Source: Carcharhinus amblyrhynchos (taxonomy: Eukaryota). Taken from it: a stretch of 64,000 nt of DNA. The position numbers were made by a program, and so were the translations under genes. Where the stretch lies: positions 40,424,001-40,488,000 of the forward strand of contig OZ336885.1 of the NCBI GenBank assembly GCA_965287045.1, written 5' to 3'. The notes under the pieces are model-generated. The model worked only from the letters and a program-made list of their open reading frames with translations. It was not told the DNA's origin and ran no database searches. Every line of letters starts with the position of its first letter. Position 1 is the first letter of the stretch. This document shows, piece by piece, positions 62,612 through 64,000 of this stretch.

Positions 62612-63645
62612 TGGAGCAATTTTCCCAAAGAAATTCTAAGCGTTGAATTTGCTTAAAAACTGGAGTGACTCACAATGTTTTTTACAGTGGGATTTTCAAA
62701 ATGAATCTCCTACACTGTGTTCATTGTGTGATTCATGTAAAAAATCAGTTGGCAGGGCCTATTCCCACTGGAGGGGTCAGCAACATAGTGCTGAGTGGGC
62801 CACTGCACATGCACTGATCTGTTAGCGCTGTGGTCCCTGTCTGCCAGCCTCCCAATTGCTGGCCAGCCCCGTAACCCTTGCGTCACCAGCCGTGCGACTC
62901 CCTCTATTCCCTCATCCCGGCCTGATTTCTGGTCCCCCCGAACATGCTCGGGTCAGCCTCAAACCCTGCCCCTACAGCCCTGATCATCCGATTCCCCTCC
63001 CTCCTTATTGGCAGCTCCCCAACTCCTGAAGTCTCAAATCCCCACAGCCCTGACTCCACCAGAAGATTGCCTGCTTCCCACCCTCTGTAATTCAGCCCAA
63101 AATGCAGAGTGGCAGTGGTATACCCAATCTCACCATCCCCCCCCCCCCCCACCTATTGCCACATCAGCCCCCCATAAGGCCCTGCCCTCTTTTTCCTGCC
63201 CATGGTGGATGGGCAGTGCCAAGGTGCTGTCTGGGCTTTGGCACTTTTGCCCCTTGGGGGCCCAGGCTGGCACTGCCAGACTGGCAATGTCCAGAGGCTT
63301 TGATTTCCCTCCCTTTCGCTGCAGCGGGTTCAGACCACCAGCTCCCTAGAAGTGGGGAGCTGTACTAAACCCTACTGGAGTCAACCAATGCTAGTGGGGC
63401 AAGGGAGGGGAGGCACTAGCAGGCCTTGAGATTTCAGTCCTGGGCTCACTAATAACATTCAAATGATCATTAACATAATTTATGCAGCTCCACTCTGATT
63501 TCTCATGCAGAGCTGAAGGCGCTGGAAATCTGGGGTCGTGCAGAGGTGAGGTACCCAGTGGGGAGCCAGCAAACAGTCCTCCGCTACATTATCCCGGCCC
63601 ACTGTGCTACAAAAGCAGTGCATCGGGCTGGGAGAATCGCCTCCC
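62612..63645 (+). mobile_element. Non-autonomous Harbinger-like TIR element
   Basis: TIRs GGAGCAATTTTCCCA and TGGGAGAATCGCCTCCC; left arm homologous to 49345 and 7008. Confidence 0.7.
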
Positions 63646-64000
63646 TTGTGGGTAAAATTGATGCAGTACGTGTGGGGTGAACTGCTGAGAAAACCCATGT
63701 GATTTATCGTTCTTGAATCTGCTCTTACAAGTGTACTTTATAAGTTCGTACTAGTTGTGACTTGTCTGTCGAGGTTAATTTATCTTATTTCTGACTTGGG
63801 TTTAAGTTGGGCACATTGCAGATCACATGACAGGGTAACCTTATGCAGCTTTGGTCCCCTACTTTGGATTGCACCACTTTGGCATGGCTGGCAACACTGG
63901 GCATTCTCAAGGGAAGCCCATTGAAACCCATTTTTGATAATTGCAGGGCTTATGCAGGCCCCATTCTTACATTGGCTGGGATTTTCTGTCCAACATGGGG

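Noticed and set aside
63698-63827. TGTGA...TCACA segment as a mini LTR
   Set aside because: No target duplication, polyA signal or second copy.

Overview
Repeat-dense, apparently non-coding vertebrate DNA (intron or gene desert), most likely from a shark or other elasmobranch. This is inferred from ~15 copies of an HE1-like tRNA SINE with a CR1/HER1-type tail. I recognise no host protein-coding gene. The only intact long ORF is ORF2 (AP endonuclease + reverse transcriptase, 952 aa) of a young, apparently full-length ~4.4 kb CR1 LINE (26652-31074, minus) inserted into an older LINE. Its ORF1 (zinc finger/leucine zipper + SGNH esterase) has two 1-bp frameshifts and lacks two conserved esterase residues. 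The rest is layered relics: CR1, a second CR1/L2-group LINE, L2, Rex1, Penelope-like elements with minimal hammerhead motifs, three SINE families, solo LTRs, Harbinger transposase and Myb/SANT relics with many MITEs, and one hAT MITE. There is a 128-N gap. The most unusual items are a MITE at the canonical 37/38 intron position of a tRNA-Lys(CTT) pseudogene, a SINE subfamily with an apparently swapped Rex1-like tail, a 46-bp TA-flanked hairpin element, an unexplained 21-bp-repeat insert inside a SINE, and 5'-to-5' retroelement junctions resembling twin priming. Family names come from motif recognition by eye, not database searches, and boundaries of old repeats are approximate. I cannot show that any of this is an undescribed functional system.
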